Shown: piece by piece, positions 1 through 12,000 of the stretch | Numbering within the stretch: position 1 is the stretch's first letter | Layout of the letters: every line of letters starts with the position of its first letter | DNA from: Eledone cirrhosa | Lineage: Eukaryota | NCBI GenBank assembly: GCA_964016885.1 | Contig: CAXHJY010001747.1 | Coordinates: forward strand, 62,001-126,000 | Reading direction: 5' to 3' | Length of the DNA: 64,000 nt | Position numbers and translations under genes: made by a program | The notes under the pieces: generated by a model | The model's database searches: none | What the model saw: the letters and a program-made list of their open reading frames with translations, nothing else | What the model was told of the DNA's origin: nothing

Positions 1-3000
1 TATTGTTGGTGTTGGTGGTATTGTTGGTGTTGGTGGTACTGTTGGTGTTGGTGGTATTGTTGGTGTTGGTGGTACTGTTGGTGTTGGTGGTATTGTTGGT
101 GTTGGTGGTACTGTTGGTGTTGGTGGTACTGTTGGTGTTGGTGGTACTGTTGGTGTTGGTGGTACTGTTGGTGTTGGTGGTACTGTTGGTGTTGGTGGTA
201 TTGTTGGTGTTGGTGGTATTGTTGGTGTTGGTGGTACTGTTGGTGTTTGTGGTATTGTTGGTGTTGGTGGTACTGTTGGTGTTGGTGGTATTGTTGGTGT
301 TGGTGGTACTGTTGGTGTTGGTGGTATTGTTGGTGTTGGTGTTGGTGGTATTGTTGGTTTTGGTGGTATTGTTGGTGTTGGTGTTGGTGGTATTGTTGGT
401 GTTGGTGGTATTGTTGGTGTTGGTGGTATTGTTGGTGTTGGTGGTATTGTTGGTGTTGGTGGTACTGTTGGTGTTGGTGGTATTGTTGGTGTTGGTGGTA
501 TTGTTGGTGTTGGTGGTACTGTTGGTGTTGGTGGTATTGTTGGTGTTGGTGGTATTGTTGGTGTTGGTGGTATTGTTGGTTTTGGTGGTATTGTTGGTGT
601 TGGTGGTATTGTTGGTGTTGGTGGTATTGTTGGTGTTGGTGGTATTGTTGGTGTTGGTGGTACTGTTGGTGTTGGTGGTATTGTTGGTGTTGGTGGTATT
701 GTTGGTTTTGGTGGTATTGTTGGTGTTGGTGGTATTGTTGGTGTTGTTGGTATTGTTGGTGTTGGTGGTACTGTTGGTGTTGTTGGTACTGCTGGTGTTG
801 GTGGTATTGTTGGTATTGGTGGTATCGTTGGTTTTGGTGGTATTGTTGGTGTTTGTGGTACTGTTGGTGTTGGTGGTACTGTTGGTGTTGGTGGTATTGT
901 TGGTGTTGGTGGTACTGTTGGTGTTGGTGGTACTGTTGGTGTTGGTGGTATTGTTGGTGTTGGTGGTATTGTTGGTGTTGGTGGTATTGTTGGTGTTGGT
1001 GGTACTGTTGGTGTTGGTGGTACTGTTGGTGTTGGTGGTATTGTTGGTGTTGGTGGTATTGTTGGTGTTGGTGGTATTGTTGGTGTTGTTGGTATTGTTG
1101 GTGTTGGTGGTACTGTTGGTGTTGGTAGTATTGTTGGTGTTGGTGGTATTGTTGGTGTTGTTGGTATTGTTGGTGTTGGTGGTATTGTTGGTGTTGGTGG
1201 TATTGTTGGTGTTGGTGGTATTGTTGGTGTTGTTGGTATTGTTGGTGTTGGTGGTACTGTTGGTGTGGGTGGTACTGTTGGTGTTGGTGGTATTGTTGGT
1301 GTTGGTGGTATTGTTGGTGTTGGTGGTACTGTTGGTGCTGGTGGTATTGTTGGTGTTGGTGGTATTGTTGGTGTTGGTGGTACTGTTGGTGCTGGTGGTA
1401 TTGTTGGTGTTGGTGGTATTGTTGGTGTTGGTGGTACTGTTGGTGTTGGTGGTATTGTTGGTGTTGGTGGTATTGTTGGTGTTGGTGGTATTGTTGGTGT
1501 TGGTGGTATTGTTGGTGTTGGTGGTACTGTTGGTGTGGGTGGTACTGTTGGTGTTGGTGGTACTGTTGGTGTTGGTGGTATTGTTGGTGTTGGTGGTATT
1601 GTTGGTGTTGGTGGTATTGTTGGTGTTGGTGGTATTGTTGGTGTTGGTGGTATTGTTGGTGTTGGTGGTACTGTTGGTGTGGGTGGTACTGTTGGTGTTG
1701 GTGGTACTGTTGGTGTTGGTGGTATTGTTGGTGTTGGTGGTATTGTTGGTGTTGGTGGTATTGTTGGTGTTGGTGGTATTGTTGGTGTTGGTGGTATTGT
1801 TGGTGTTGGTGGTATTGTTGGTGTTGGTGGTACTGTTGGTGTTGGTGGTATTGTTGGTGTTGGTGGTATTGTTGGTGTTGGTGCTGGTGGTATTGTTGGT
1901 TTTGGTGGTATTGTTGGTGTTGGTGGTATTGTTGGTGTTGGTGGTATTGTTGGTGTTGGTGGTATTGTTGGTGTTGGTGGTACTGTTGGTGTTGGTGGTA
2001 TTGTTGGTGTTGGTGGTATAGTTGGTGTTGGTGGTATTGTTGGTGTGGGTGGTACTGTTGGTGTTGGTGGTACTGTTGGTGTTGGTGGTATTGTTGGTGT
2101 TGGTGGTATTGTTGGTGTTGGTGGTATTGTTGGTGTTGGTGGTATTGTTGGTGTTGGTGGTATTGTTGGTGTTGGTGGTATTGTTGGTGTTGGTGGTATT
2201 GTTGGTGTTGGTGGTATTGTTGGTGTTGGTGGTACTGTTGGTGTTGGTGGTACTGTTGGTGTTGGTGGTATTGTTGGTGTTGGTGGTATTGTTGGTGTTG
2301 GTGGTATAGTTGGTGTTGGTGGTATTGTTGGTGTTGGTGGTATTGTTGGTGTTGGTGGTATTGTTGGTGTTGGTGGTATAGTTGGTGTTGGTGGTATTGT
2401 TGGTGTTGGTGGTATTGTTGGTGTTGGTGGTATCGTTGGTGTTGGTGGTATTGTTGGTGTTGGTGGTATTGTTGGTGTTGGTGGTACTGTTGGTGTTGGT
2501 GGTATTGTTGGTGTTGGTGGTATTGTTGGTGTTGGTGGTATTGTTGGTGTTGGTGGTATTGTTGGTGTTGGTGGTATTGTTGGTGTTGGTGGTATTGTTG
2601 GTGTTGGTGGTATTGTTGGTGTTGGTGGTACTGCTGGTGTTGGTGGTATTGTTGGTGTTGGTGGTATTGTTGGTGTTGGTGGTATAGTTGGTGTTGGTGG
2701 TATTGTTGGTGTTGGTGGTATTGTTGGTGTTGGTGGTACTGTTGGTGTTGGTGGTACTGTTGGTGTTGGTGGTATTGTTGGTGTTGGTGGTACTGTTGGT
2801 GTTGGTGGTATTGTTGGTGTTGGTGGTATTGTTGGTGTTGGTGGTATAGTTGGTGTTGGTGGTACTGCTGGTGTTGGTGGTACTGTTGGTGTTGGTGGTA
2901 TTGTTGGTGTTGGTGGTATTGTTGGTGTTGGTGGTATTGTTGGTGTTGGTGGTACTGTTGGTGTTGGTGGTACTGTTGGTGTTGGTGGTACTGTTGGTGT

Positions 3001-6000
3001 TGGTGGTATTGTTGGTGTTGGTGGTATTGTTGGTGTTGGTGGTACTGTTGGTGTTGGTGGTATTGTTGGTGTTGGTGGTACTGTTGGTGTTGGTGGTACT
3101 GTTGGTGTTGGTGGTACTGTTGGTGTTGGTGGTATTGTTGGTGTTGGTGGTATTGTTGGTGTTGGTGGTATAGTTGGTGTTGGTGGTACTGCTGGTGTTG
3201 GTGGTATAGTTGGTGTTGGTGGTACTGCTGGTGTTGGTGGTATTGTTGGTGTTGGTGGTATTGTTGGTGTTGGTGGTATTGTTGGTGTTGGTGGTATAGT
3301 TGGTGTTGGTGGTACTGCTGGTGTTGGTGGTATTGTTGGTGTTGGTGGTATTGTTGGTGTTGGTGGTATTGTTGGTGTTGGTGGTATTGTTGGTGTTGGT
3401 GGTATTGTTGGTGTTGGTGGTATAGTTGGTGTTGGTGGTACTGCTGGTGTTGGTGGTATAGTTGGTGTTGGTGGTACTGCTGGTGTTGGTGGTATTGTTG
3501 GTGTTGGTGGTATTGTTGGTGTTGGTGGTATAGTTGGTGTTGGTGGTACTGCTGGTGTTGGTGGTATTGTTGGTGTTGGTGGTACTGCTGGTGTTGGTGG
3601 TACTGTTGGTGTTGGTGGTATTGTTGGTGTTGGTGGTACTGTTGGTGTTGGTGGTATTGTTGGTGTTGGTGGTACTGCTGGTGTTGGTGGTATTGTTGGT
3701 GTTGGTGGTATTGTTGGTGTTGGTGGTACTGCTGGTGTTGGTGGTATTGTTGGTGTTGGTGGTATTGTTGGTGTTGGTGGTATAGTTGGTGTTGGTGGTA
3801 CTGCTGGTGTTGGTGGTATAGTTGGTGTTGGTGGTACTGCTGGTGTTGGTGGTATTGTTGGTGTTGGTGGTATTGTTGGTGTTGGTGGTATTGTTGGTGT
3901 TGGTGGTACTGTTGGTGTTGGTGGTATTGTTGGTGTTGGTGGTATTGTTGGTGTTGGTGGTATAGTTGGTGTTGGTGGTATTGTTGGTGTTGGTGGTATT
4001 GTTGGTGTTGGTGGTATTGTTGGTGTTGGTGGTACTGTTGGTGTTGGTGGTATTGTTGGTGTTGGTGGTATTGTTGGTGTTGGTGGTATTGTTGGTGTTG
4101 GTGGTATAGTTGGTGTTGGTGGTATTGTTGGTGTTGGTGGTATAGTTGGTGTTGGTGGTATTGTTGGTGTTGGTGGTATTGTTGGTGTTGGTGGTATTGT
4201 TGGTGTTGGTGGTATTGTTGGTGTTGGTGGTATTGTTGGTGTTGGTGGTATCGTTGGTGTTGGTGGTATTGTTGGTGTTGGTGGTATTGTTGGTGTTGGT
4301 GGTACTGTTGGTGTTGGTGGTATTGTTGGTGTTGGTGGTATTGTTGGTGTTGGTGGTATTGTTGGTGTTGGTGGTATTGTTGGTGTTGGTGGTATTGTTG
4401 GTGTTGGTGGTACTGTTGGTGTTGGTGGTATTGTTGGTGTTGGTGGTATTGTTGGTGTTGGTGGTATTGTTGGTGTTGGTGGTATAGTTGGTGTTGGTGG
4501 TATTGTTGGTGTTGGTGGTATTGTTGGTGTTGGTGGTACTGTTGGTGTTGGTGGTATTGTTGGTGTTGGTGGTATTGTTGGTGTTGGTGGTATTGTTGGT
4601 GTTGGTGGTATAGTTGGTGTTGGTGGTATTGTTGGTGTTGGTGGTATTGTTGGTGTTGGTGGTATTGTTTGTGTTGGTGGTACTGTTGGTGTTGGTGGTA
4701 CTGTTGGTGTTGGTGGTATTGTTGGTGTTGGTGGTATTGTTGGTGTTGGTGGTATTGTTGGTGTTGGTGGTATTGTTGGTGTTGGTGGTACTGTTGGTGT
4801 TGGTGGTACTGTTGGTGTTGGTGGTACTGTTGGTGTTGGTGGTATTGTTGGTGTTGGTGGTACTGTTGGTGTTGGTGGTATTGTTGGTGTTGGTGGTATT
4901 GTTGGTGTTGGTGGTACTGTTGGTGTTGGTGGTATTGTTGGTGTTGGTGGTATTGTTGGTGTTGGTGGTACTGTTGGTGTTGGTGGTATTGTTGGTGTTG
5001 GTGGTACTGTTGGTGTTGGTGGTACTGTTGGTGTTGGTGGTACTGTTGGTGTTGGTGGTACTGTTGGTGTTGGTGGTACTGTTGGTGTTGGTGGAACTGT
5101 TGGTGTTGGTGGTATTGTTGGTGTTGGTGGTACTGTTGGTGTTGGTGGTACTGTTGGTGTTGGTGGTATTGTTGGTGTTGGTGGTACTGTTGGTGTTGGT
5201 GGTATTGTTGGTGTTGGTGGTACTGTTGGTGTGGGTGGTACTGTTGGTGTTGGTGGTATTGTTGGTGTTGGTGGTACTGTTGGTGTTGGTGGTACTGTTG
5301 GTGTTGGTGGTACTGTTGGTGTTGGTGGTACTGTTGGTGTTGGTGGAACTGTTGGTGTTGGTGGTATTGTTGGTGTTGGTGGTACTGTTGGTGTTGGTGG
5401 TACTGTTGGTGTTGGTGGTATTGTTGGTGTTGGTGGTACTGTTGGTGTTGGTGGTATTGTTGGTGTTGGTGGTACTGTTGGTGTTGGTGGTATCGTTGGT
5501 GTTGGTGGTATTGTTGGTGTTGGTGGTATTGTTGGTGTTGGTGGTATCGTTGGTGTTGGTGGTATTGTTGGTGTTGGTGGTATTGTTGGTGTTGGTGGTA
5601 TTGTTGGTGTTGGTGGTATCGTTGGTGTTGGTGGTACTGTTGGTGTTGGTGGTATTGTTGGTGTTGGTGGTATTGTTGGTGTTGGTGGTATCGTTGGTGT
5701 TGGTGGTATTGTTGGTGTTGGTGGTATTGTTGGTGTTGGTGGTACTGTTGGTGTTGGTGGTATTGTTGGTGTTGGTGGTATTGTTGGTGTTGGTGGTATT
5801 GTTGGTGTTGGTGGTATTGTTGGTGTTGGTGGTATCGTTGGTGTTGGTGGTATTGTTGGTGTTGGTGGTATTGTTGGTGTTGGTGGTACTGTTGGTGTTG
5901 GTGGTATTGTCGGTGTTGGTGGTATTGTTGGTGTTGGTGGTACTGTTGGTGTTGGTGGTACTGTTGGTGTTGGTGGTACTGTTGGTGTTGGTGGTATTGT

Positions 6001-9000
6001 TGGTGTTGGTGGTACTGTTGGTGTTGGTGGTATTGTTGGTGTTGGTGGTATTGTTGGTGTTGGTGGTACTGTTGGTGTTGGTGGTATTGTTGGTGTTGGT
6101 GGTATTGTTGGTGTTGGTGGTATTGTTGGTGTTGGTGGTATTGTTGGTGTTGGTGGTACTGTTGGTGTTGGTGGTATTGTTGGTGTTGGTGGTATTGTTG
6201 GTGTTGGTGGTATTGTTGGTGTTGGTGGTATTGTTGGTGTTGGTGGTATTGTTGGTGTTGGTGGTATTGTTGGTGTTGGTGGTACTGTTGGTGTTGGTGG
6301 TATTGTTGGTGTTGGTGGTATTGTTGGTGTTGGTGGTACTGTTGGTGTTGGTGGTATTGTTGGTGTTGGTGGTATTGTTGGTGTTGGTGGTACTGTTGGT
6401 GTTGGTGGTATTGTTGGTGTTGGTGGTACTGTTGGTGTTGGTGGTACTGTTGGTGTTGGTGGTATTGTTGGTGTTGGTGGTATTGTTGGTGTTGGTGGTA
6501 CTGTTGGTGTTGGTGGTACTGTTGGTGTTGGTGGTACTGTTGGTGTTGGTGGTATTGTTGGTGTTGGTGGTATTGTTGGTGTTGGTGGTATTGTTGGTGT
6601 TGGTGGTACTGTTGGTGTTGGTGGTATTGTTGGTGTTGGTGGTATTGTTGGTGTTGGTGGTACTGTTGGTGTTGGTGGTACTGTTGGTGTTGGTGGTACT
6701 GTTGGTGTTGGTGGTATTGTTGGTGTTGGTGGTATTGTTGGTGTTGGTGGTACTGTTGGTGTTGGTGGTACTGTTGGTGTTGGTGGTACTGTTGGTGTTG
6801 GTGGTATTGTTGGTGTTGGTGGTATTGTTGGTGTTGGCGGTATTGTTGGTGTTGTTGGTATTGTTGGTGTTGGTGGTATTGTTGGTGTTGGTGGTACTGT
6901 TGTTGTTGGTGGTATTGTTGGTGTTGGTGGTATTGTTGGTGTGGGTGGTACTGTTGGTGTTGGTGGTACTGTTGGTGTTGGTGGTATTGTTGGTGTTGGT
7001 GGTATTGTTGGTGTTGGTGGTATTGTTGGTGTTGGTGGTATTGTTGGTGTTGGTGGAACTGTTGGTGTTGGTGGTACTGTTGGTGTTGGTGGTATTGTTG
7101 GTGTTGGTGGTACTGTCGGTGTTGGTGGTATTGTTGGTGTTGGTGGTATTGTTGGTGTTGGTGGTATTGTTGGTGTTGGTGGTATTGTTGGTGTTGGTGG
7201 TATTGTTGGTGTTGGTGGTACTGTCGGTGTTGGTGGTATTGTTGGTGTTGGTGGTATTGTTGGTGTTGGTGGTATTGTTGGTGTTGGTGGTATTGTTGGT
7301 GTTGGTGGTATTGTTGGTGTTGGTGGAACTGTTGGTGTTGGTGGTACTGTTGGTGTTGGTGGTATTGTTGGTGTTGGTGGTACTGTCGGTGTTGGTGGTA
7401 TTGTTGGTGTTGGTGGTACTGTTGGTGTTGGTGGTATTGTTGGTGTTGGTGGTATTGTTGGTGTTGGTGGTATTGTTGGTGTTGGTGGTATTGTTGGTGT
7501 TGGTGGTATTGTTGGTGTTGGTGGTATTGTTGGTGTTGGTGGAACTGTTGGTGTTGGTGGTACTGTTGGTGTTGGTGGTATTGTTGGTGTTGGTGGTACT
7601 GTCGGTGTTGGTGGTATTGTTGGTGTTGGTGGTATTGTTGGTGTTGGTGGTATTGTTGGTGTTGGTGGTATTGTTGGTGTTGGTGGTATTGTTGGTGTTG
7701 GTGGTACTGTCGGTGTTGGTGGTATTGTTGGTGTTGGTGGTATTGTTGGTGTTGGTGGTATTGTTGGTGTTGGTGGTATTGTTGGTGTTGGTGGTATTGT
7801 TGGTGTTGGTGGAACTGTTGGTGTTGGTGGTACTGTTGGTGTTGGTGGTATTGTTGGTGTTGGTGGTACTGTCGGTGTTGGTGGTATTGTTGGTGTTGGT
7901 GGTACTGTTGGTGTTGGTGGTATTGTTGGTGTTGGTGGTATTGTTGGTGTTGGTGGTATTGTTGGTGTTGGTGGTATTGTTGGTGTTGGTGGTATTGTTG
8001 GTGTTGGTGGTATTGTTGGTGTTGGTGGTACTGTTGGTGTTGGTGGTACTGTTGGTGTTGGTGGTACTGTTGGTGTTGGTGGTATTGTTGGTGTTGGTGG
8101 TACTGTTGGTGTTGGTGGTATTGTTGGTGTTGGTGGTATTGTTGGTGTTGGTGGTATTGTTGGTGTTGGTGGTATTGTTGGTGTGGGTGGTATTGTTGGT
8201 GTTGGTGGTATTGTTGGTGTTGGTGGTATTGTTGGTGTTGGTGGTATTGTTGGTGTTGGTGGTATTGTTGGTGTGGGTGGTATTGTTGGTGTTGGTGGTA
8301 TTGTTGGTGTTGGTGGTATTGTTGGTGTTGGTGGTATTGTTGGTGTTGGTGGTATTGTTGGTGTTGGTGGTATTGTTGGTGTTGGTGGTACTGTTGGTGT
8401 TGGTGGTACTGTTGGTGTTGGTGGTACTGTTGGTGTTGGTGGTATTGTTGGTGTTGGTGGTACTGTTGGTGTTGGTGGTATTGTTGGTGTTGGTGGTATT
8501 GTTGGTGTTGGTGGTATTGTTGGTGTGGGTGGTATTGTTGGTGTTGGTGGTATTGTTGGTGTTGGTGGTATTGTTGGTGTTGGTGGTATTGTTGGTGTTG
8601 GTGGTATTGTTGGTGTGGGTGGTATTGTTGGTGTTGGTGGTATTGTTGGTGTTGGTGGTATTGTTGGTGTTGGTGGTATTGTTGGTGTTGGTGGTATTGT
8701 TGGTGTGGGTGGTATTGTTGGTGTTGGTGGTATTGTTGGTGTGGGTGGTATTGTTGGTGTTGGTGGTATTGTTGGTGTTGGTGGTATTGTTGGTGTTGGT
8801 GGTATTGTTGGTGTTGGTGGTATTGTTGGTGTTGGTGGTATTGTTGGTGTTGGTGGTATTGTTGGTGTGGGTGGTATTGTTGGTGTTGGTGGTATTGTTG
8901 GTGTTGGTGGTATTGTTGGTGTTGGTGGTATTGTTGGTGTTGGTGGTATTGTTGGTGTTGGTGGTATTGTTGGTGTTGGTGGTACTGTTGGTGTTGGTGG

Positions 9001-12000
9001 TACTGTTGGTGTTGGTGGTACTGTTGGTGTTGGTGGTATTGTTGGTGTTGGTGGTATTGTTGGTGTTGGTGGTACTGTTGGTGTTGGTGGTATTGTTGGT
9101 GTTGGTGGTATTGTTGGTGTTGGTGGTATTGTTGGTGTTGGTGGTATTGTTGGTGTTGGTGGTATTGTTGGTGTGGGTGGTACTGTTGGTGTTGGTGGTA
9201 CTGTTGGTGTTGGTGGTATTGTTGGTGTTGGTGGTATTGTTGGTGTTGGTGGTACTGTTGGTGTTGGTGGTAGTGATGGTGTTGGTGGTATTGTTGGTGT
9301 TGGTGGAACTGTTGGTGTTGGTGGTATTGTTGGTGTTGGTGGTATTGTTGGTGTTGGTGGTACTGTTGGTGTTGGTGGTATTGTTGGTGTTGGTGGTAGT
9401 GATGGTGTTGGTGGTATTGTTGGTGTTGGTGGTATTGTTGGTGTTGGTGGTATTGTTGGTGTTGGTGGTACTGTTGGTGTTGGTGGTATTGTTGGTGTTG
9501 GTGGTACTATTGGTGTTGGTGGTATTGTTGGTGTTGGTGGTATTGTTGGTGTTGGTGGTATTGTTGGTGTTGCTGGTATTGTTGGTGTTGGTTTTGTTGG
9601 TATTGTTGGTGTTGGTGGTACTGTTGGTGTTGGTGGTACTGTTGGTGTTGGTGGTATTGTTGGTGTTGGTGGTATTGTTGGTGTTGGTGGTACTGTTGGT
9701 GTTGGTGTTACTGTTGGTGTTGGTGGTATTGTTGGTGTTGGTGGTATTGTTGGTGTTGGTGGTACTGTTGGTGTTGGTGTTACTGTTGGTGTTGGTGGTA
9801 TTGTTGGTGTTGGTGGTATTGTTGGTGTTGGTGGTATTGTTGGTGTTGGTGGTATTGTTGGTGTTGTTGGTATTGTTGGTGTTGGTGGTATTGTTGGTGT
9901 TGGTGGTATTGTTGGTGTTGGTGGTATTGTTGGTGTTGGTGGTATTGTTGGTGTTGGTGGTACTGTTGGTGTTGGTGTTACTGTTGGTGTTGGTGGTATT
10001 GTTGGTGTTGGTGGTATTGTTGGTGTTGGTGGTATTGTTGGTGTTGGTGGTATTGTTGGTGTTGTTGGTATTGTTGGTGTTGGTGGTATTGTTGGTGTTG
10101 GTGGTATTGTTGGTGTTGGTGGTATTGTTGGTGTTGCTGGTATTGTTGGTGTTGGTGGTACTGTTGGTGTTGGTGGTACTGTTGGTGTTGGTGGTATTGT
10201 TGGTGTTGGTGGTATTGTTGGTGTTGGTTGTATTGTTGGTGTTGGTGGTATTGTTGGTGTTGGTGGTACTGTTGGTGTTGGTGGTATTGTTGGTGTTGGT
10301 GGTACTATTGGTGTTGGTGGTACTGTTGGTGTTGGTGGTATTGTTGGTGTTGGTGGTATTGTTGGTGTTGTTGGTATTGTTGGTGTTGGTGGTATTGTTG
10401 GTGTTGGTGGTATTGTTGGTGTTGTTGGTATTGTTGGTGTTGGTGGTATTGTTGGTGTTGGTGGTACTGTTGGTGTTGGTGGTATTGTTGGTGTTGGTGG
10501 TATTGTTGGTGTTGGTGATATTGTTGGTGTTGGTGGTATTGTTGGTGTTGGTGGTATTGTTGGTGTTGGTGGTATTGTTGGTGTTGTTGGTATTGTTAGT
10601 GTTGGTGTTGGTGGTATTGTTGGTGTTGGTGGTACTGTTGGTGTTGGTGGTATTGTTGGTGTTGGTGGTACTGTTGGTGTTGGTTGTATTGTTGGTGTTG
10701 GTGGTACTGTTGGTGTTGTTGGTATTGTTGGTGTTGGTGGTATTGTTGGTGTTGGTGGTATTGTTGGTGTTGGTGGTATTGTTGGTGTTGGTGGTATTGT
10801 TGGTGTTGGTGGTACTGTTGGTGTTGGTGGTACTGTTGGTGTTGGTGGTACTGTTGGTGTTGTTGGTATTGTTGGTGTTGGTGGTATTGTTGGTGTTGGT
10901 GGTATTGTTGGTGTTGGTGGTACTGTTGGTGTTGGTGGTATTGTTGGTGTTGGTGGTACTGTTGGTGTTGGTGGTATTGTTGGTGTTGGTGGTACTGTTG
11001 GTGTTGGTGGTATTGTTGGTGTTGGTGGTACTGTTGGTGATGGTGGTATTGTTGGTGTTGGTGTTGGTGGTACTGTTGGTTTTGGTGGTACTGTTGGTGT
11101 TGGTGGTACTGTTGGTGTTGGTGGTATTGTTGGTGTTGGTGTTGGTGGTACTGTTGGTGTTGGTGGTATTGTTGGTGTTGGTGGTACTGTTGGTGTTGGT
11201 GGTATTGTTGGTGTTGGTGGTACTGTTGGTGTTGGTGGTATTGTTGGTGTTGGTGGTACTGTTGGTGTTGGTGGTATTGTTGGTGTTGGTGGTACTGTTG
11301 GTGTTGGTGGTACTGTTAGTGTTGGTGGTATTGTTGGTGTTGGTGGTATTGTTGGTGTTGGTGGTACTGTTGGTGTTGGTGGTATTGTTGGTGTTGGTGG
11401 TACTGTTGGTGTTGGTGGTATTGTTGGTGTTGGTGGTACTGTTGGTGTTGGTGGTATTGTTGGTGTTGGTGGTACTGTTGGTGTTGGTGGTATTGTTGGT
11501 GTTGGTGGTACTGTTGGTGTTGGTGGTACTGTTGGTGTTGGTGGTACTGTTGGTTTTGGTGGTATTGTTGGTGTTGGTGGTATTCTTGGTGTTGGTGTTG
11601 GTGGTACTGTTGGTGTTGGTGGTATTCTTGGTGTTGGTGTTGGTGGTACTGTTGGTGTTGGTGGTACTGTTGGTGTTGGTGGTATTGTTGGTGTTGGTGG
11701 TATTGTTGGTGTTGGTGGTATTGTTGGTGTTGGTGGTATTGTTGGTGTTGGTGGTATTGTTGGTGTTGGTGGTACTGTTGGTGTTGGTGGTATTGTTGGT
11801 GTTGGTGGTATTGTTGGTGTTGGTGGTATTGTTGGTGTTGGTGGTATTGTTGGTGTTGGTGGTACTGTTAGTGTTGGTGGTATTGTTGGTGTTGGTGGTA
11901 TTGTTGGTGTTGGTGGTACTGTTGGTGTTGGTGGTACTGTTGGTGTTGGTGGTATTGTTGGTGTTGGTGGTATTGTTGGTGTTGGTGGTACTGTTGGTGT

